Source: Podarcis muralis | Lineage: Eukaryota | DNA: 64,000 nt | Assembly (NCBI RefSeq): GCF_964188315.1 | Contig: NC_135656.1 | Span: 71,610,001-71,674,000, forward strand | Reading direction: 5' to 3' | Shown: in pieces, positions 60,391-64,000 of the stretch | How positions within the stretch are numbered: the first letter of the stretch is position 1 | How the letters are laid out: every line of letters begins with the position of its first letter | Position numbers and translations under genes: made by a program | The notes under the pieces: generated by a model | Databases searched by the model: none | Told to the model about the DNA's origin: nothing | Seen by the model: the letters and a program-made list of their open reading frames with translations, nothing else

Positions 60391-62264
60391 CCTCTCATCA
60401 ACCACCTATGGACCCACAGGGTGGAGAGGAAGATCTTTTTAAAATGAGCTTCTGTATTTCATGAACTGAAGGCTGAGAGAGATCCCACTGGAATGTATAT
60501 TTTCCTTCTGTTTTTAACCTAAGAAACTGGCATGGGGGTGGAAGGGATTGCAGACAACCCTTTTCCCTCCAGCTGGCTTCTCTCAGCAAGTGGGGGGGGG
60601 GAGGCAGTGGGGAGATTTTGAATGGGAAAAACAGCTAAAGGGGAAAGGGTTAAGAAACATCTCTCTTTGCTGTCCTTTTGCTTAAATCTGCAGCCTCCAT
60701 ACAAAGGAAAACAATCATGCGCACACAGACACAAATAACCCATGGGGGAAAGATAGATGTGATTGCGTGTCACATATAAAGAAATAGTCAGGTAAGATTC
60801 TCAAGGTGACATCAGGGACTTTTGAGAGATAATGGGCTCCTACAGTGTTGGGAGAAACCCACCAGATGGCACTGACACACTGTTCTGTGCTCTCTGCGCA
60901 ATACAGAGTGAAAAATGAATCAGCAACCCAGAGGGGAAGCTCCTGTCAAAATCCTGACTCACGTCACTAGAAATAAATATTCAGTAATGAGCTATTAACC
61001 TTTATGGTTCCCTAAGGGGGCATGGGGAGGGGACATGCTAAATACGATACTACAAAGCTACACGGGATCCTGCTTAGCTGCGCAGAAGCGCACCTTTGCA
61101 GGATGCTTCCAGGCCAGAGGCTCCTCAGCATCAAACTCCAGTGTGGGCTTGGGTAAAAGCATGAGATAGACAAAGCCTGCTTGCATAGGGCTTTCAAGCC
61201 TGTGATTAGTGTGAAAGAACAACAAGAGAAAAAAGATCTGAATGATTCAGATAAGCTTCAGGCATCATTGCAGAGGAAAAAGAAGAGACTGGTCCATTGG
61301 GAGGACCCATACTGGACCAGGATGACCGACCCTGCCCCCCACTCCCTTCTGTTCTGTTCTCCATAGCAATGCTCATGTCTTGATTTCAGCTCCTCAGCTC
61401 CCTCTTCATTTATACTCTAGCCACATCAGGAATCATATGATGCTTCCAGACACGGATGATTTAGCAGCGGCCAAGCATTGCTGTTTTGCTCTGAGCTTCA
61501 AGAGGAATAGCAACGACTCTCCTTCCAGACTTCTGGAATTCAAATAGCATTCTGCAGCCAAGTGGGCAGTCCTTCTTTCCCCAGTCATAAATGTGCGGGA
61601 TAATTTTTAGAAGGACCATATTGTGTGTTTGTGTGAAATAAAAGCATTGTTTGGCAGGGTGGAGGGAATGCAAAATTTACTGAACAGCTGCCTGATTTAT
61701 TCTACATCTGGGGAAATTATGGAGCTGTTCCATGAAGTTAAAATACTTGGGATTTTCTTAGCTCTGAAAAAAACCATTAAGAGCAGTGTGTTTTGTTCAT
61801 GATGTCATGCAGTTGCTCCATAAAAAGTGAGTAAACAAAGCGAGGCTATTTCACAGTAAATGCTCAGTGTGAAAACAGCCGTAGAATTTGAAAGCACCAA
61901 AACACTATCACACCATCACAGGGCAACACTATCTGCCCACCAACTTCTCACTTCTCAAACCTGAATCGCACACTCCCTTTTCACTTTGCTTGAAGCAAAA
62001 GTAAACACAATGAACGATGCCCACAAAACATACTACCCATCCTCATTCCCTTTTGGAGTCTTTCATGTGCAGTATCTACACTTTCTGACACTTTAGATTT
62101 GCTGGAGCCCTGCAGCCAAAGATCTGGCTAGGTATTTCAAATCAGTCTAGGTGAATTTCTGCTTTCCTTGCTGCTGAAGTTCCTGGCCATGCACGTCTTT
62201 CCCACCAGCCCACCCTTCTTGTCTCAGAATCCTCCTCCTCCTCTTTCCTTGGATTTTCTTAGCC

Positions 62265-62354
62265 CATAGCTGTCAACGTTTCCCTTTTCTTGTGAGGAAT
62301 CCTATTCGGAATAAGGGAATTTCCCTTAAAAAAAGGGAAACGTTGACAGCTATG
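62265..62354. mobile_element. Very small hAT-type MITE (90 bp)
   Basis: Perfect 24-bp TIR CATAGCTGTCAACGTTTCCCTTTT; 8-bp TSD TCTTAGCC. Confidence 0.92.
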
Positions 62355-62573
62355 TCTTAGCCATTACTTCCTCTCTGCTTTATTTTCCAATCCCACCTTC
62401 CCTTAATCTGCTGCTTCATGAGACACAGACATTTCCCCCTTTGCAAGTACCTTCTGCTTCTATTCCTCCTTCCTAAGCATTACAGCAGCTCAGCCAATCT
62501 CTGCCAGAGGTCTTCTCACCACCACACATTTTAAAAAACAATCTTTACGATACTGATTTATCTGTTTAATCTG

Positions 62574-62818
62574 TGTTATGTACTGAAGTTCTCACCCTGG
62601 GCCAGTAGGGGGATACTGTAGATAGTTATGCAAATGAAGGATCGAAAGTGAAGTTCAGTGATTGGATAGTTTTAGAAAATGGCAACAGTTACATTGTTCT
62701 GGAGCTCTATATAAGCAGGCTGACTGAGCTCCTCAGTCAGTTCTGTTCCAGCTTACAAATAAAGAGCTGCTTTGGAAGAATCGCTGTGTCATCTGGTATG
62801 TTCGCCCACAACTTAACA
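62574..62818 (+). mobile_element. Solo LTR (245 bp) with a 5-bp TSD
   Basis: TGTTA...TAACA termini; ATCTG at 62569-62573 and 62819-62823; TATATAAG at 62708; AATAAA at 62758. Confidence 0.85.
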
Positions 62819-64000
62819 ATCTGCATCTAAATCTGTTTACCTTAAATGGTCAGGCGGCATTGCAGCCTGGCCACGGGCCTGGTCAGTGATTGGGCAGTCA
62901 GCTGGGTAGGCCTGGAGGCCTGGCTGCAGATGGGCCTATGGCAGGCCAGCCTGGGTCTGGGGATTCCCCTGGGGGCGGGCTCAACCAGCCAATGTCCATT
63001 GCTTGGGTCTGCCCCCTGGGGAACAAATTGAGGCAAGCCCAGCACTCCTCCTTAATTTTTCTGTTGGATTTATTTGTTTAATCTGCATCTACATTTTTCT
63101 CCAGTGAGCTCAGTCCTTTAATCATCGCTACAGCCTTGGTTGGTAGGCTAGGGGACTCTCCTTCCCCTCCAACAGAATCATGGGAACTGTAGTTTCCCCT
63201 TCACAGTGGTACAATTCCCAGCGAACATCAGGGATTTGAAATTCTAAACCAGCAGTCAGCAGTCCATGCCCGCTGAACATGCTCAGTCTTCAGTGGACTG
63301 CTATGAGTCTTCCACCACACCCCGCCTGGCCTTAGTTTTCTTTCTTTAAATATATTTGTACTTTGTGAACACTGAGGTTCCCCCAAGTCTGTTCATCACA
63401 TCTCTCCCTCTCATGTGTGGATGGTTCTATTTTGGCTACGTAAGAACCCACACTCGGAGAACGAGTTCCTTATTAATTTATAGGGTAATCCCCCCCCCCT
63501 TCACTGAATTGAAACCAGGGCAGCGTGATGCCTTGGTCTTGCTTTGGAAGAATGAAAGAGAGGAGCACCCTAGTCCTAAGCCAGTTCAGGATGTACGAAT
63601 AAGTACATTTTGTTTTCTAGAAGTTTCTCATTTTTCCATTCCTAAATTCAGTTTGTCATTAAAAAAAAACCCCTCACAATTTCCCTCCATATTTTAGTGT
63701 GTATTTATCCTAATATGCACATATTTGTAGCCAATTTTGACTAATACAAGTATTTTTGCAAGCAATTTCCTCTAATACAATGTATTTTTGTATGTTATTT
63801 TCCCTAAAAATGTCTTTTAGCCATTCTTCCCTTAAAATACAAATTTGTGCATATATTTTGAGGCTGGAGAACTGCAGGGAAGTGAGAATTTTCAGGGATA
63901 GCGGCATTTCAGTTAGCTTTCTCCACAATCCCTAATCCTAGTTTGGATTGGATTTAGCATGCAGAAATTATGCCCTGGGTGCCATTCACCTCACTCCTGC

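Overview
Eukaryotic (squamate, most likely lacertid-lizard) genomic DNA; no prokaryotic features. The backbone is the central/3' part of the minus-strand gene CACNA2D2 (voltage-gated Ca channel alpha2delta-2). I traced 19 coding exons (about exons 15-33 by human numbering) from 50037 down to 902. Every junction keeps frame, including an 18-nt micro-exon with a GC donor at 32652-32669. The introns hold many repeats. The main ones are: a very young Copia-type LTR element (16421-20262; 403-bp LTRs differing at one base; 5-bp TSD) with one open gag-PR-IN ORF but no RT/RNase H; a 1.95-kb TA-flanked Tc1/mariner-superfamily non-autonomous element packed with hairpin tandem arrays (9207-11159); a BovB RT fragment; a solo LTR; Sauria/Squam SINEs; CR1 and L2 relics; hAT-type MITEs; and microsatellites. 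Best leads: the RT-less but ORF-intact Copia element, the hairpin-array cargo, and the regulated micro-exon and tandem acceptors of CACNA2D2. Repeat family names and exon numbers come from remembered consensus sequences and were not checked against databases.
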